Below, piece by piece: positions 54,568 through 55,853 of a DNA stretch of 55,853 nt. The stretch comes from a virus (lineage: Duplodnaviria; Caudoviricetes). Position 1 is the first letter of the stretch. Every line of letters starts with the position of its first letter. Below the pieces are notes generated by a model, which worked only from the letters and a program-made list of their open reading frames with translations, was not told where the DNA came from and did not search any database. A program made the position numbers and the translations under genes. The stretch lies in IMG/VR virus record IMGVR_UViG_3300027969_000126, positions 1-55,853 of that record; one strand, written 5' to 3'.

Positions 54568-54601
54568 TAATACAAAGCCATTTCTATATAGGAGAAAAAC
54601 A

Positions 54602-55417
54602 ATGGACCACAAAAAATTTGAAACACTTATTGATTTAATTATTAATGAGAATGAAGAACAAGCCCGTGCATTATTCCATGATATCGTAGTTGAAAAAAGC
54701 CGCGAAATCTATGAAGATATAATGAACGATGAAATGGATGAAGGAATGAATCCAGGCGGTCAAGTAGGCCAGATGATGGACGAAATCAGTGCCGAAGAAG
54801 AAGGCATGACCGAAGAAGAAGATGAAGAAATTGATTTTGATGACGAAGGTGATGACGATATCGTTGATATCGAATCCGACGATGACATGGAAGGTGACGG
54901 AAGTGAAGATCGTTTAGTAAGCATCGAAGATAAATTAGACCAGTTGATGGCTGAATTTGAACAAATCATGGGCAACGCCGATGACGAAGAAGCTATGGGC
55001 GACGAAGAAATGGCTATGGGTGACGAAGAAATGGCTATGGGTGATGAAGAAATGGCAGCAGGCGATGAAGAAGCTGCTATGATGGAAGCAATCACACTAA
55101 AGAAAGTTTCCGTAACTCATGGTGACAATGGTCAAAACACAAAAAGTACAAGTTTACAAAATAGTGGACAAGCTGGAATGGACAGTCGTCCAGTAAAGTT
55201 CAGTGGTGCTAGCGAGTCAGTTCCTACAAGTCCTAAAGGACCTAGTAACTTCTACTCAAAAGGTGAGACAAGTGTAAAGAACGCTAACAACTGGAAGAAT
55301 GCTCCAGCACAAAACAATGCAGATTTAGAATCAGCACCAAAGCCAAAAGCAGGTGATAACGGTTCTAACACTAAAAGCGTTATTGAATCACGTAAGCCAG
55401 TAAAACGTAAACTATAA
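54602..55417 (+). CDS. Acidic prohead core/scaffold-like protein
   Basis: Very D/E-rich, lies between portal and protease, AGGAG RBS, and several (I/L/M/V)xE gp21-type sites. Confidence 0.65.
   Translation: MDHKKFETLIDLIINENEEQARALFHDIVVEKSREIYEDIMNDEMDEGMNPGGQVGQMMDEISAEEEGMTEEEDEEIDFDDEGDDDIVDIESDDDMEGDGSEDRLVSIEDKLDQLMAEFEQIMGNADDEEAMGDEEMAMGDEEMAMGDEEMAAGDEEAAMMEAITLKKVSVTHGDNGQNTKSTSLQNSGQAGMDSRPVKFSGASESVPTSPKGPSNFYSKGETSVKNANNWKNAPAQNNADLESAPKPKAGDNGSNTKSVIESRKPVKRKL
54983..55081 (+). repeat. 21-bp tandem coding repeat (DEEMAMG, about 4-5 copies)
   Basis: gacgaagaaatggctatgggt is exact at 55001 and 55022, with degenerate flanking copies. Confidence 0.9.
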
Positions 55418-55430
55418 GGAATCTGAGAGA

Positions 55431-55853
55431 ATGGCTTTGTATCTCAAGGAGCACTTAACTTTCGACCGCGCAAGCATGGTTGTTGAAAGTGTAAGTGAAG
55501 GCGATAAGAAGAACCTTTATATGAAAGGTATCTTCATTCAGGGCGGGGTAAAAAACGCAAACGAGCGTGTTTACCCCGTTTCCGAAATCGAATCCGCTGT
55601 ACAAACATTAAACGAACAGATTACAGAAGGTCATTCTGTGTTAGGTGAAGTAGATCACCCAGATGACTTAAAGATCAACCTAGACCGTGTATCACATATG
55701 ATAACTACAATGTGGATGGACGGCGCTAACGGGTTCGGCAAGTTAAAGATATTACCAACTCCAATGGGGCAACTAGTTGCTACTATGTTGGAGAGTGGTG
55801 TCAAACTCGGCGTATCAAGTCGTGGTAGCGGTAACGTGGACGACATGAACGGC
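55431..55853 (+). CDS. gp21: Prohead protease, T4 gp21-like (truncated by window end)
   Basis: Hand translation: MALYLKE...GIFIQG..KN.N.RVYP...LGEVDHP...VSH...PTPMG...GVSSRGSG. Confidence 0.93.
   Translation, partial: MALYLKEHLTFDRASMVVESVSEGDKKNLYMKGIFIQGGVKNANERVYPVSEIESAVQTLNEQITEGHSVLGEVDHPDDLKINLDRVSHMITTMWMDGANGFGKLKILPTPMGQLVATMLESGVKLGVSSRGSGNVDDMNG

Noticed and set aside
54760-55846. Minus-strand ORFs 54760-55095 and 55655-55846
   Set aside because: Antisense shadows of the scaffold-like and protease genes.
1-55853. Stop-codon reassignment, as in some jumbo phages; none of the called genes ends in TAG
   Set aside because: Genes including the 20.6-kb ORF are intact in code 11 with no TAG fragmentation; TAA preference fits the AT-rich genome.

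Overview
An AT-rich fragment of a large T4-superfamily (probably jumbo) myovirus, read in the standard genetic code. 1-42054 is a minus-strand late block: a radical SAM / glycosyltransferase-like cluster, fibre genes, a 6886-aa baseplate/fibre protein, gp6, an SGNH-like gene, gp25, gp5-like, a hub, gp53-like and a repeat-expanded tube-initiator-like gene. 42188-47151 is a plus-strand island: gp55-like late sigma factor, gp47, gp46, a GIY-YIG endonuclease and a resolvase-like nuclease. Next come a roughly 490-nt highly structured non-coding tract and a minus-strand gp26-like/gp51-like pair. The window ends with plus-strand tape measure-like, portal, scaffold-like and prohead protease genes. Top observations: (1) a candidate large structured ncRNA at about 47165-47610; (2) a likely programmed -1 frameshift (T TTT TTC plus a hairpin) fusing the gp26-like and gp51-like ORFs; (3) a roughly 47-aa module inserted repeatedly, even nested inside itself, in the giant protein; (4) a late promoter inside a hairpin ahead of the GIY-YIG gene; (5) a candidate virion-glycosylation cluster. 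All protein assignments come from motif recognition by eye; no database searches were run.
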